From assembly GCA_004431415.1 (NCBI GenBank), contig QPMI01000614.1, positions 62,001 through 126,000 of the forward strand: DNA of 64,000 nucleotides, read 5' to 3'. Below the pieces are notes generated by a model. That model saw nothing but the letters and a program-made list of their open reading frames with translations, made no database searches and was not told the DNA's origin. Shown piece by piece: positions 24,301-40,981 of this stretch. This DNA comes from Cyanophora paradoxa CCMP329. Lineage: Eukaryota; Plantae; Glaucophyta. Each line of letters opens with the position of its first letter. Position 1 is the first letter of the stretch. The position numbers and the translations under genes were made by a program.

Positions 24301-26653
24301 ACCCGACGGCCGGCAGGGCCCCGAGGCCATCGGCGTGACCGTCCAGAGGCAGCACGGCTTCACCGCCGGAGCCGCCGGCTTCGAGCCGCAGGGTGCTCCA
24401 CGCCCCCGCCCGCCTCGCCCCGCCCCGCCCCGACACGCGCCGCCTTGCGCAGCGACCTGCGAGCTCATCGTCGGGAGCAAGACGGACGCGCAGGCGCACC
24501 CCGCACCGCGTGTTCCGTGGGCGGCGGGCGCTGACGAGGATGCAGTTCGGGCCGGTGCTGCTCTTCGGGGCGGGGGGCGTGCGGGTCGAGGTCCAGCGCG
24601 ACAAGTGCCCCGCCGGCCGCCCCGCCCCGGGCCCCGGCGGCCGCTGAGCGCCGGCAGGGCCGTCTCGCTGCCGCCCCTCAACTCGACCCTCGCGCGCCGC
24701 ATGATGGAGCGCACCCGCGTCTACCACACCCTCACCGCGCGCCCCGCCCCGTCCCGTCCCGCACGCGCCGCCCCGCTGCCCTGACGCCGGCGCAGGGCGG
24801 CGTGCGGGGCTCGCAGGTGCGGGGCCGGCGGGGGGGCGGGGCGGGCGGGGGCGAGCGGCGGGGGTGCAGGAGACGGACGTGGAGGGGCTGGTGGCGGCGC
24901 TGGTGGCCTTCTCGCAGCTCGTCGTGGAGCAGTACGGCGAGATCGAGAGCATCGACGCCAACCCCCTCGTCGTCACCCTTCAGGACGGCGCGCCGCCCCG
25001 CCCCCGCCCCGCCCGCCCCGCCCCGACGCCCCCGCCAGGCGCCCTCTGCTGCCTTGACGCCCGCATCTGCCTGCACCCCCCGGGCTCCTCCCCTCCTCCC
25101 CTCGCCATCCGGCCCTTCCCCCGTCAGGTGTGCCCCGCCCGCCCGCCTGCCCGCCAACTGGCCCCTCCCGACGCCGCCGCAGTACGTCTCGCAGTTCACG
25201 CTGCCGGCCAAGTGCGGGCCCCCGCCGCCGCCCTTGGACCGCCCGTGCCGACGCCGCGGGGCCGCGCAGGCGGCAGGCGCCGGCGGCGGGGGAGGCGGGG
25301 GCGGGGGCGCCCGCCGGCGAAGAAGGCTCCCGCGTGGGCCAAGTACGCCCCCACCTCGCGGTGCGCCCCCCGCCCCCGCCCCGGTCGCCCCCGAGCCCCG
25401 CGGCAGGCCGGCCTCCAGCGCAGGCCCCGCCGCCGCCGCCTCGCGCGGTGCGCTCGCCGCCGCGCGGCGCGGTGCGCGCGGGCGTGAGGGGCGGGCGGCA
25501 GGGCCGAGCTCGTGGTTGGACGGGGACCTGCAGGTGACCCTCCGGCCCGTCCGCGCCGAGGACGAGCCGCTCATGGCGCGCCGCCCCGCCCCCGCCCGCC
25601 GGCCCTCCGCATGATGCCGCCGGCCGCCAGGTCGCCTTCCACTCGACCCTCTCGGAGCGGTGCGGGGCGGCGCTGCGCTCCCCACCGCCGCGCCTCGAAT
25701 GCCTCGCAGGTCGGTCTACTTCCGCTACTTCGCCGCCGTGAGCCTCGCCGAGCGCACCTCGCACGGCACGCCCCGCCCGCCCCGCCCCGCCCCCGCCCGC
25801 CCCCCCGCCGATGGCCGAGCGCAGACCGCCTTGCCAAGACGTGCTTCATCGACTACGACCGGTGCGGGGGCGCGGGGCCGGGGCGCGGGGCCGGGGACTG
25901 GGCGAGGGGCGCGGCAGGGACATGGCGCTCGCGGCAATCATCTCGCACCCGCACCCCGATGACAGCGCCCCGGCCGGCATGGGCTCCCTCCAGTGCTGCC
26001 TCGCCCCCGCCCGCCCCGCCCCACCCCGCCGACGGCCGCCGGTCGGGCAGGACGGGCGTGCGGGGCCGGGCCCAGTCGGTGACGGAGGACGTCTGCATCG
26101 GGGTCGCCCGCGCCGTCCGCAAGGCGGGGCCGCTCGGTGAGCGGCACGCGCGGGGCGGGAGAGGAGGGGGCGAGGGGCCGGGGCGGGGCCAGGGCTCTGG
26201 GACGAGGCGGAGGTCGGCGTCATCATCTCCGACTCCCTCCAGGGCCGCGGGTCCGGCCCCGCCCCGCCCCCGTTGCCGCCCCCGCCCCACCACGCCCCGC
26301 AGCCTTGGCCGCATCCTCATGCAGCGCCTCATCGAGGCGCCCGCCCCGGCGCCCCGCCCCCGCCCCCGCCCCGCCGGCGTCTCACCCGCCGGCAGGTCTG
26401 CCGGGCGGAGGGCCTGCGCTCGCTGCACGCCGAGGCGCGCGGGGCCCGCCGCGGGGCGCGTGCTTGGGGCGGGGCAGATGGCGGGGGCGCAGGTGCTGGC
26501 GGAGAACACGGGCATGCGCCGCATCTTCGACCAGCTCGGCTTCGAGGCGCCCCCGCCCCGCCCGCTCGCCCCGCGCGCCCCCGCTAAAGGGCTGCGCAGA
26601 GCCACTACAACGCGTCGGAGGACGTCATGCACGCCGCCCTCGCCCTCGCCTGA
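21391..26653 (+). CDS. Bacterial-type bifunctional acetate-CoA ligase (ADP-forming, ACD alpha+beta) / GNAT N-acetyltransferase fusion, very intron-rich
   Basis: [140 protein letters not shown]. GNAT part: VTLRPVRAEDEPLM, CFIDYDRDMALAA, GLGRILMQRLI, VLAENTGMRRIFDQLGF. Confidence 0.9.
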
Positions 26654-26719
26654 CTCCCCCCCGCCCCGCCCGTCCCGCCCGGGCCCAGCCCGCCCCGCCC
26701 CGCTCCCCGCAGCCGGCTC

Positions 26720-28692
26720 TAGGTGGAGCCCGAGGTGCGGGTGTGCCCGCGGGGCTGAATGCCAGAACATTCGGCCAAACCGGGACGAACGAACGCCGTT
26801 GACAATGCGGACGACTTCCTGGGAGCGGGCGTACCGCTGCGTGGTAGAATGCAGCAGGGCGGCATCCGCTACAGCTTACAGCTCGCCCCAGGGGGAGGCG
26901 AGGGCGCGGGGGGTCGAGAGCGCGATGCTGCGGCGCGCGGCGGGGGCTGCCCCCGCCGCGCCGACGCGGCCGGGGGCGACGGAGGGGGGGAAGCTGTTGC
27001 TGCCCGTCCCCCGCCGCCCGCGCCCGTGCGGCTCTACACCCCGCGGCTCGAGCTCGCCAGCGGCGGCCTCGCTCGACCCCGCGCGCGGGCTCCCCACCGC
27101 AAAGCCTGCGATGAGGCTGTCCCACGGGCCGCCGCAGGGCGGGAGCGGAGCGCCGCGGCTGCGGGGCGGGGGCGGGGGCGGCCGGGAGAATGCGACGCCG
27201 GCGAGCTGGGCGGCGAGGGCGAGTCGCCCGAGCTGCGCGCTCCTCGCTGAGCGCAACCGCCCGGCCCGCGCCCCGCCCTGCGCGCACCTCCTCCGCGTGG
27301 TCGGCCAGCCACGGCGCCCCCACCGCCAGCGCCCGCCACCACAGGGCGAAGAGAGCCGTCCGCCGCCGCCGTGACGGCCCCCCCGGCCCCTTCCGCAGCT
27401 GCGGCGGGCCCCCTCGGGCGGAGGTGGCGGGACGGAGAGAGGAGGCGGCGGCGGCTGCTGCAGGGAGGTTAGCGGGCGCCAGGTACTGGGGCGGGAAGCG
27501 CGCACGGCGGCGGGGGGAGGGGCGGGCGTTCGAGAAGAGTGGCACGAGGGGTGTGGTGTGGAGGATCCGGCCTGGGGAGGGCGGACACGACAGGCCCCCG
27601 GGGCAGGGCGGCGGGTGCGGCCCCGCGAAGCCTCTCGAGGGCGAGGAGGGCGCCGACGCCGGCTGCAGCCGCCTGGCCCCACACGGCGTTCGGCGCTCGC
27701 GGCCGGCGGGGCCGGACGGGGCAAGTTCTGGGGCGGGCACCTTCGGGGGCTCATGTACCGAGATGGCGGCACGTCTAGCTTGACCCGCGGTGAGGGCTCC
27801 GGCTCGATTGGCGCAACGTGCTGCGCGGCAGCTGAGGCGACGGCGGCGGGGGAGGGATCCTCACGGGCTGACGGGCCTGGAGACCGGAGAGCCACACGCG
27901 CTCGGCGGTGCCTAGGCGGCGGGCCGTCTCGGCGCGCTGCAGTAGGCTCGGCAGGCCGCCGGCAAAGGCGCGGAGGAACTCCTTGCGGCCGACGTGCCCG
28001 AGAGCGGCGGCCGCTTCGCCGGCGGCCTGCCGCACCAGCCACTCCGCCTCCGCCGGCCCCAGCCCCGGCTCGAACGCCCGCACGAAGCGCGCCAGCTGCC
28101 CCCCGCCGGCGCCACGTCGCCGCGGCGCCTTGTGGCAGCCGGGAGCGCACGCCGAGGGGTCGCTGGGGGGGCGCACCTCGGAGCAGGGGAGGCGGGCCTC
28201 GAGGGAGCCGGCGAGGGCCGTGAACATGGCCTGGCGACGGGCGGTGAGGCGGGTCGGCGGGGCTGCTGGGCGGGGCTTGCCCTGCGCCCGCGCTCCGTGG
28301 CCAAGCACGCCTGCACGAAGGACCAGCCGGTGCCGTCCAGGAAATCTGCCCGCCCCACGCCGCCCCATCAGCAGCCGGCGGGGGTCGGCGCGCGTGGGCG
28401 GCGTGCCTTCCCGAGTGAGGACCTCGTCCTGCCCCCTAAGAAGCTCGGCCATGCGGCGCTCCGCCATCCGGTCCAGCTGCATGTCCCCGCGCGCCAGCAC
28501 ATCGCCAATGAGCAACAGCATCTCTCGAATGTCTAGGTAGTGCGTGGTTTGCGACTCGTCTAGCACTGCAAGCGCCTGCCAGACACGCTCCGCAACCTGC
28601 AGGATAGCGGGCGGCAGGTAGCTGGCTGGTGTTGCGACTTCGCCTGGATCACCTCTTGCATCTGGTCTCGGAAGGCGCAGTGCGGACTCCAT
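26720..28692 (-). CDS. Hypothetical multi-exon protein with a Pro/Ser-rich C-terminus; 3' end approximate
   Basis: Long coding-like first exon MESALRLPRP...VAERVWQALAVLDESQTTHYLDIREMLLLIGDVL, with regularly spaced short introns downstream. No family recognised. Confidence 0.45.
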
Positions 28693-28930
28693 CAACCTCG
28701 CTGCCGGACCGAATCTCGAAAGCTAGACCAGTCGGTCACAGCTCAAAGCTAGCTACTGGACGATGGATCATCATCTGATAGCGAAGGATCAGTGGGCGCG
28801 GCTGGAGGATCGTCGGATTAGCTAGCTGCGGGGATGCAGGAAGAGGCGGAGCAGGCGGCGCTGGAGCAGGCGGATCGGCTACTGGCTAGAGGCTGTTGGG
28901 GATGTTAAGCAGCGCTAGCTTAGCCTTGAA

Positions 28931-28972
28931 ACTTGAGTCTTGAGACTTGAGTCTTGAGACTGAGTCTTGAGT
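28931..28972. repeat. Tandem 7-mer CTTGAGW array in the divergent promoter region
   Basis: acttgagtcttgagacttgagtcttgagactgagtcttgagt. Confidence 0.8.
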
Positions 28973-29092
28973 TTGGAGGGGGCTATCGCATTTCGGAAGT
29001 GCGAAAGCGCCCCTGGCGCAAAAAGCATCCAAGCTAGCGAACCAAGCCTCTGCTAGCGAAGCAAGCTAGCCGATTTGAAGGGGAACTGAGAG

Positions 29093-30908
29093 ATGCAAGT
29101 TGGGAAGTACATCATCGGCAAGGTTAATGGCCCAGCGCAGCGCGCGTGAGCTGTTTCTGACCTTCATTCTACAGGCACTTGGCCGTGGCGAGTACGGAGA
29201 GTGCGTCGCAGCTGCAGCTTCGGCCTTGCGCCTATTCACATAAGCGCCGCGCGCCAGGGTGTTTGATGGCCAAAACGTGGAGTCGGGCGACAAGGTCGCG
29301 GTGAAGAAGATGGATCGGCGGAAGATTGAGGACGAGAAGCGTGTGCCGCAGGTCATGAAGGAGGTGAACGCCCAACGCCAGCTGGCCCTCCATCGCTGGC
29401 CCCCATTGAGGCCGCGCAGATCAAGAACATGTCTTCTCTCTGCCACCCGAACATTGTCGAGGTCTGTTAGCGCAGGTGATTGCCCGCGCCGCCGCTCCTG
29501 ATCCGCGCACAGTTGAAGGACGTCGTCTTCGATGATTCCCACCTCTACGTCGTGCTGGAGCGCGTTCAGGGTATGGAGCTCTACGAGAAAGTTGGTTAGT
29601 CGTCGTCAGCTCCAAGAAAATGCGTGCCCGCTAGCAGCTCATGCCCCCGCAGCCAGCAGCCGTGCGCTGGACGAGGATACCGCCCGCAACTACTTCCGTC
29701 AGATCGTCGCCGGTCCGTTGTGAATCATGCGTCTCGTTTTGTAGCGATGGTTTCATTGCGGCGCAGGCGTGGAGTACTGCCACAAGCGGCGCATCTGCCA
29801 CCGTGATCTCAAGCTGGAGGTGCGCCCGGCTCGCCAGCATAGTCGCCGCCCTTGCTTATGGGCATGCAGAACGTTATGATCGAGCCGAGCACTGGCCTCC
29901 TGAAGCTTATCGGTGCGGCGTTCCTTTTCGTTCCTTCTTTTGGGGGGCGATGACCGCCCACGCAGACTTCGGCTTCTCGCGGCACTTGAGCCAGGACTCG
30001 GTGCTCCAGACGATGGCGGGCACGAACATGTATATGGCCCCCGAGATCTTCTCCGGCAAGCAGTACCAGGGCGAGGTGGGCCCCACGCGCCGCGCCGGCG
30101 CCCTAAACTCCCGCCCACGCGCTCCGCCCCAGCCCGTGGACGTCTGGGCCCTTGGAGTGATTCTCTACGTCATGGTGCGCCCCTTGGCCCTCCCGGCGCC
30201 GCCCGGCCGGGCTGCCGACGCGCGCACAGCTCGTCGGGCAGTACCCGTTCGGAAACCCCTCCATGAACTGGAGCGTGCTCATGCGGCGCGTCACCAAGGC
30301 CGACTTCTCCCCCATCCCCAACCGCGTCTCCCGCGAGGCCGCGGTTCGCGCCGGCCCGCCCCGCGGATGGCCGGCCGGCTGACGGGGGGCGCCGCGCACT
30401 GCAGGACCTCATCCGCAAGATCCTCACCGTCGACGTGAAGGAGCGCCTCACCCTTGACACTATCAAGCAGCACGGCACGCAGCGCCCCACTCCGCCTCTG
30501 TGCGCTCCGCCTCGCCCTGAGGCCGCCGCAGCCTGGTTCCGGGGCCGCGACGCGCCGCTTGAGGGCGAGTCGCACGCGCACGACGGGAAGCCGGCACCGG
30601 AGGTTCCGTTCAAGTGGATCAGAAAGATGCTCGGCGTTAAAGACAAGAAGAAAGAGTCCGCCCCCCACAGCCCCGCCCTTGCACCGCAACGGCTTCATGA
30701 CCCAGCGCAGCGGCCGCCCCGCGACGCCCGAGGACGACATCCCCTACAAGCCCGAGATCGAGTTCACATGGTTTGCCCCGGTGCTCAAGTCGGCCCATGG
30801 GGCGCAGTGGGGCTGACGCAGGACCCCAGGCCGGAGCCGGCGCCGCGGCGAGCTGCAGAGCCCTCGATAGACGCCGCAGAGGAGGAGCCCGTCTTCGAAG
30901 ACGACTAG
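29093..30908 (+). CDS. Ser/Thr protein kinase (CAMK group, SnRK/CIPK-like), multi-exon
   Basis: YIIGKALGRGEYG, VAVK, HPNIV, HRDLKLEN, IDFG, MAGTNMYMAPE, VDVWALGVILYVM, DLIRKILTVDVKERLT. Confidence 0.93.
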
Positions 30909-31289
30909 CCGCGCCCCGCTCCCCATCCTGCCCCATTCCCCCTCTCTCACAAACGAAACCAAGCCCTCATCCGCATTGGGAGAGGGGGGGTCTTGCAGCC
31001 GGAGCCTGTGCCGGCGGATACTCATATACCGGCGCGCGGCGCTGCGTGCAAGGCACATGTACAGCCGGGGCAGCCTGGGCATCATCTGTCGGGGGGTACA
31101 GCGATTGTTTGCATGCGCAGCGTTTCCAGTACTAGTGCGGCATACGCGTTTGTCAACGCCGGCGCGGTCTGTGTACGTACGCGTATACGTAGAAACGGCC
31201 TGCACGCTAGATTCTTCAGTTGTCCAGTTATCATTTCACAGCTCGAGCCCAGCGACGCGAGTAGCGGCAGTTACGCGAAAGCGCGCATT

Positions 31290-33301
31290 ATGTCGAAATC
31301 TAGCGCTATCAGTGCCCCGCCGGGCACGGTAGCGAGGTCAAGAACGACGACAGCAAAGAGCGAGGTCATAAAGGACGCGACGAGCTCTCGCGTCGAAACT
31401 TCGACGTCCTTCGTGGGGTGCGACCAGGGGGAGGAGTGGAGGCGGCTTCAGATCCGGCGGGCAGAGCTAGATCTCCGGTTCGGCCCCGCGCCCATGCGCG
31501 GCTCCGACGTCCGACGCCCGGCGCAGATTCTCTCTTCTCACGGGGCAGACGTTTCGCTGGAAAGAGATCGCGCGGACCGAGGGCGGCGGCGAGTGGCGGG
31601 GCGTCGTTCGAGGTCGTCGCCGGTAGCTGCAGCTAAGAACTCTGTCCCGTTAACCTTCCACCCAGACAAAATCGTAAGCCTCCGACAAGACCCCGAGAGC
31701 CTTCAGTATCGAGTTCACGGCGTCGGCGATCCTGCGTCGGCGGAGCAGCTGCTCGTCGAATTTTTCAATCTCGATCACCCGCTGGAGTCGTTGTATTCTT
31801 CTTGGGTCGAGGCGGATTGTCGTTTTCGCGCGGTCAGCGTGGAGTTTTGGTGGGCCCCGGGCCTGGCGGCCGATGTCTGACGCCTGTGCAGGTCGGCCCC
31901 TGCCTACCGGGCGCACGGGTTCTGCGCCAGGTCCGATAGGCCCTCGCTTGCTTTCTGGCTTGTGTCGCACCTAACCCTCCATGATTCGGCAAGGACCCCG
32001 TGGAGTGGTGCGATCGGGAGCCCGCCGCGCCGGCGCCGGGCCGCGAGGCGGGAATTCATACGCGGCGGGCGCAGCGTCTTCTCCTTCATCTGCTCGTCGA
32101 ACAACAACATCTCGCGCATCACGTCGATGGTTGCGTCCCTCTGCCGCGCCCTCGGCAGGCCCCTCGGTCCGCGCCCTCGCCCCGGGCGGCGCGCGCCGCG
32201 CCCGACGGGCCCCAGGGGAGGTGGATGGGGAGTCGTACTACCAGTTCCCCACCCTGGAGGCGCTGCAGTCGGTCTCGGAGGAGGCCCTGCGGGAGGCGAG
32301 CTTCGGCTACCGCGCGCCCTGGATCGCCAAGGCCGCCCGCATGCTCCTCGAGCGCGGCGGTGCGCCGGCCCGCCGCCTTCCGCCACAGGCAGCCCATCCC
32401 CGCGCGCGGCAGGCGAGGAGTACCTGCTTTCGCTGCGAGGCCGGCCGCGGGAGGAGGTGCAGGAAGCGCTCACGCAGCTGCCCGGCGTCGGCAAGAAGGT
32501 CGCAGCGCCGGTCGCCGCCGGCTGCCTCCCAGCGGCGCTAACGAGGCGGGCGCAGGTGGCGGCCTGCATTGCCCTCTTCTCCCTCGACAAGCACGACGAG
32601 GTGCTCATAGGCCCCGAGCAGCGCCCCGCCGATGGGGGCCCGAACCCCGCCGCCGCAGATCCCCGTGGACACGGTGCTTGCGGCGATCGCGGCACTCTGT
32701 GCGGACGCGCGTGGCCCAAGCGCTCACAGCGGGGCAGCACGTCTGGCAGATCGCCGTACGCCACTATCTACCGCATCTCAAGAACAAGTCCCTCACGGTC
32801 CGCCACCCCCGCGAGCCCCCGGACGCGTTCGCCGCCACGCAACAGGCCGCCTCCAGCCGGCCGTGCACGATGCTGTGGGAGCCTTCTTTCGCGAGGTGCC
32901 CGCCCCGCCCGCGATCGCGAGTGACCCCCTCCGGCCCCCGTCGACCGAAGCCCGCAGCGTTTCGGGCCGTACGCTGGCTGGGGTGCACTGCTCCTTTGCC
33001 CTCGGGGCATGGTTTTCACACACGTGAACTCACACAGCCTGACAGCTCACAACACCCTCTTCGTCGCTGATCTTCCCGCGTACAAACCTTTCCTCAAGCA
33101 ATCGCAACCTCCCCCCGGCGAGCCGGAGGCCGCCGAGCCGGAGGAAGAGCAGGTGCACGGCCCCGCGAGCCTTGGCGGGTGCAGGACGCCTCAGCGGGCG
33201 GGCGGCAGGTGCCGGCGACGAAGCGGAGGCGAGGGCCCGGCAAGCTGAAGGGGGCTTCCAAGGGTCCTACGAAGCGCGGCAAGGCCGTTGTATACGTATA
33301 G
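31290..33301 (+). CDS. OGG1: 8-oxoguanine DNA glycosylase/AP lyase
   Basis: GQTFRW, RVLRQDPVE, FSFICSSNNNISRITSMV, FPTLEAL, FGYRA, HhH-GPD LPGVGKKVAACIALFSLDK..IPVDTHVWQIA, FGPYAGWAH. Confidence 0.95.
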
Positions 33302-34479
33302 CTATAGGACCCGGGAATGTCAACTTGAGGAGGCGACTTGCAATTCGGTCTTTGATCGAAGGGCCGGACTTCGATTCAGTGATTTGAGGTTCAAAATAAG
33401 GTGCCTGAAATTAAATAGAAAGAAATCGACTTCCAAGCTAGCTATATAGCTATCATAGTACTACGGTATATAGGCCCTGAAACCTGACTAGTGTACGTAC
33501 TGAGTGAGATCTAGATGCCATGCCATGATGCCATGACTCAGTGATGATGTACATGTAGGCGCCGTGGGCTCGCGGCGGCTTATGATCAAATCCGATGATC
33601 ATCGGATCTAGAGCCTCGCCGAGTCGGAGGCTTTAAGGCTTGCGCATCATGGCATGCATATGCGCATGCCCGCGGCCAACTTGGCAAGTAACACCGTGCA
33701 CCGTGGCACTGATCATCGGATCATGCATATGAGTTGAATGCCACTGCGGTCAACTGCGGCCTGCCTGCCAGGCCATGCCACTTTGTTTTTGAGATCTATC
33801 ACTGAGTCATCCGATGATGATGATCGGATGCCATGATTCCACTGGGCCAAGTTCGCATTAGTCACTGAGTTAAAGCCCCGGTCCCGGGGAGTCCCGACTG
33901 GCCCGGCCCCCGACTCGGCGAGGCCCTGCCGCAGTGCAGCCTGCCAGGCTGGCAGCCGCTGAGCTGCCGCAGTGCCGCCGGGCCGGACGCGGCCGCGGGC
34001 TGCACTGCCAGCCTGGCAGGCTGCGGCACTGCGGCAGCCTGCAGCCTCAGGCCGGGCCCTGAGGGCCTGGCAGCTGACTCGACAGTGACAGCTCATTCAT
34101 ATGATTATCAGCCTGGCACTGCGGCAGCGTGCTGATTGATCACGAGTGTAATTAACACGAAATTGCGGCTCGCCGAGTCGGGCGCCGCGCTTGTTTTGCC
34201 GCGAAAAACGGGTATGCTAGCTCAAGGCGACTTGGATCAAATTCGGTCTGTAAAATAATTGAGGCTCGACTAGCCGACTCGCTACTAGGCTAACCTCAGT
34301 AAATCTACTTTACTACCCATAAAATACTACGTCCCGCCCCGCGCGACATGCAAATGATGATTCATGATCAAGCTCAAGCTTCGAATAGAAATTACTGAGC
34401 ATTCAAGCTTCTGATGCCAATGCCGCGTGCAACCTGAACCTCGGAGCTACTAGGCTATCATCTAGCCTAGTAGCGCCCG

Positions 34480-35990
34480 CCCTGCTACTGTGTCGTACGT
34501 GTCTTGCGATCAGCTCAACTCGGCCAGCGGCACGCAAGTACCTGACCGGGTCGCAAGTACCTGGAATTGGCTCTGCCCGTACCCGTAGCCGCCCTGGCCC
34601 CCGAACTGTCCCTGTGGTGCAGAGAGCGTCAACCGCTCGCTTCGAAGATTGATTCGAGACGATGGCAATTGCAATTGCAAGGTACGTACGCCTTGGTAGC
34701 CACCCTGGCCGAAACCCTGGGTACGGTAGCTCAGCCTGATCATGAGCGAGAAGCAGCGATACGGTCGGAAAGAGAAATTGTGCGCACGCCCTGGAAGCCG
34801 CCCTGCCCGAAGCCGCCCTGCCCGAAGCCTTGCCCAAAGCCGCCCTGCCCGAAGCCGCCCTGCCCGAAGCCTTGCCCAAAGCCGCCCTGCCCGAAGCCGC
34901 CCTGCCCGAAGCCTTGCCCAAAGCCGCCTTGCCCGAAGCCTCCCTGCCCGAAGCCGCCCTGCCCGGAGCCCTGAGCGCACAGCAGTTGCGGATCCGGATG
35001 TGAGGCGCAAAGCGCAGGCTTGAGGGCGTGAGAACGTACGCCCTGGAAGCCCTGGCCGCCGAACCCCCCGAAGCCTGTCCGAACGCAGGTTAGCGGCGCG
35101 GGGCCCGCGAGGCTGCGGTGGGCGCACCGCCGGGCCCGCCTCCAAGCTGCCGGCCAAGGCCGCCGCCTGCGACGCGTGAGACGGGCCTCGAGTGTGCGGG
35201 AGGCGGGACTCGCACCGGGGAGCCCTGGCGTGGCGTACTGCGCGAAGGGATCGTCCGGCTGGGGCAGCACCATCAACGGGCCGCCGCCAGGGACGCCGCC
35301 CGGGAACGCCTGCAGCGGAATTCTCTGAGCCCGACACCGGCACGGCACACACCGCGCGACGTGCTCGGGACCGCACCAGGGTGGCCGGGTCGCTAGGGTT
35401 CAGACGGTTCGGGTCCACACGGCCAGCCTCCTGCGAAGCGCAATCCAGTCAAACCCGGCACCCCTGAAAAATCCGAGGCCGGCGTCGCACGATCTCGCGA
35501 CGGATGAACTCCTGCATGCGCGTGTCATAGCGCGGCGGGAATTCGACGCCGCATCGCTCCGACTCACCTCCATGGCCTGCGCCTTCCGCGCGTGGTACTG
35601 CGCGCCCATGCGCCGCATCAGGAGAAACGGGCGAGTAAGCGGCGGAGTCGATGTGTATAATCCAGCGCGCCTGCGCGGGAATGCCGCCGCCGATGACGGC
35701 GTGGGGCGTGCGCTTCCGCTGCTCCAGCCTCGCCATGCAGATCTGCGAAGCGCAGGAGAGCATCAGGGAGCGCGGCTGCCGCGCGTCGGCGCAAGGCGCG
35801 CCTCGACGGCCTGCTCATGGGTGACTCCGGCTGCGCGGGCTCCTCGTGAGCAACGATGGCGCAAAGTGGCGGGGCTGCACGCACGAGGGATCAGGATCTG
35901 CCAAGCCAAGCGAGGACGGCGAGTCGAGTCAAGATGCAACGTGCGTCGCGTACAAGCGCTCGGAAAAACGCGTGGTGCGTGAAATAAGCA
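34480..35990 (-). CDS. Gly/Phe/Gln-rich (GGFGQ repeat) low-complexity protein, multi-exon; both ends approximate
   Basis: Exons encode GFGGFGGQGFQG, GSGQ(GGFGQ)n GGFQG (about 34790-34975), GFGQGGYQG and GQFGGQGGYGYGQSQFQ. Upstream exons include AFPGGVPGGGPLMVLPQPDDPFAQY. Confidence 0.6.
34790..34970 (-). repeat. Coding tandem repeat (15/12-bp units, with a ~42-bp higher-order unit) encoding GGFGQ/GFGQ
   Basis: Reiterated ccctgcccgaagccg / ccttgcccaaagccg units. Confidence 0.9.
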
Positions 35991-36381
35991 GCCCAATGCG
36001 CAAGAGCCAACTCTCCGAGAACTACGGGCTAGCGCTCCACGTGCACGCGAAGCAATCCGATCCGCGGCAGACCTCGAAGCCGGCGCTCGTCGGGATGACC
36101 TCTGCGGCCTGGCGTTCGGCCTCCCTGTTCGCAAGCGCCGGCGTCAGCGAGGTGCACACTCAGGAAAAGCCGGGGAGAGCTCGGGAGAGCTCGGGAGAGC
36201 AGCGGCGCCCGTGCGCGCGTCACCGCAGGGCCGCTCACCGGATGAGCTCCTGTCCGCTCTTCTGATAGGATGCCATCGTCGACGTCGGATCGTGTGCGGG
36301 GTGGCGGTCGGTGCGAGGTTCGTTGGCTTTGTACCCGAGACGCACCGGTGGCCGTACCCAAGCTCGGCCCGACCCCCCCAC

Positions 36382-36390
36382 TTCCCGCCA
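36382..36390 (+). promoter_or_regulatory. Candidate E2F-binding site upstream of MCM3
   Basis: TTCCCGCCA about 40 bp upstream of the MCM3 ATG, close to the TTTSSCGC consensus. MCM genes are classic E2F targets. Confidence 0.35.
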
Positions 36391-36426
36391 CTTGAGCCCG
36401 GCGAGCAGCGGTAGCATAGCCGCGGG

Positions 36427-40981
<4,555 letters not shown>

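Noticed and set aside
34567-34974. Plus-strand (PPCPK)n ORF resembling small proline-rich or extensin-like proteins
   Set aside because: It is the antisense of the GGFGQ repeat; splice signals and flanking Gly-rich exons fit the minus strand.
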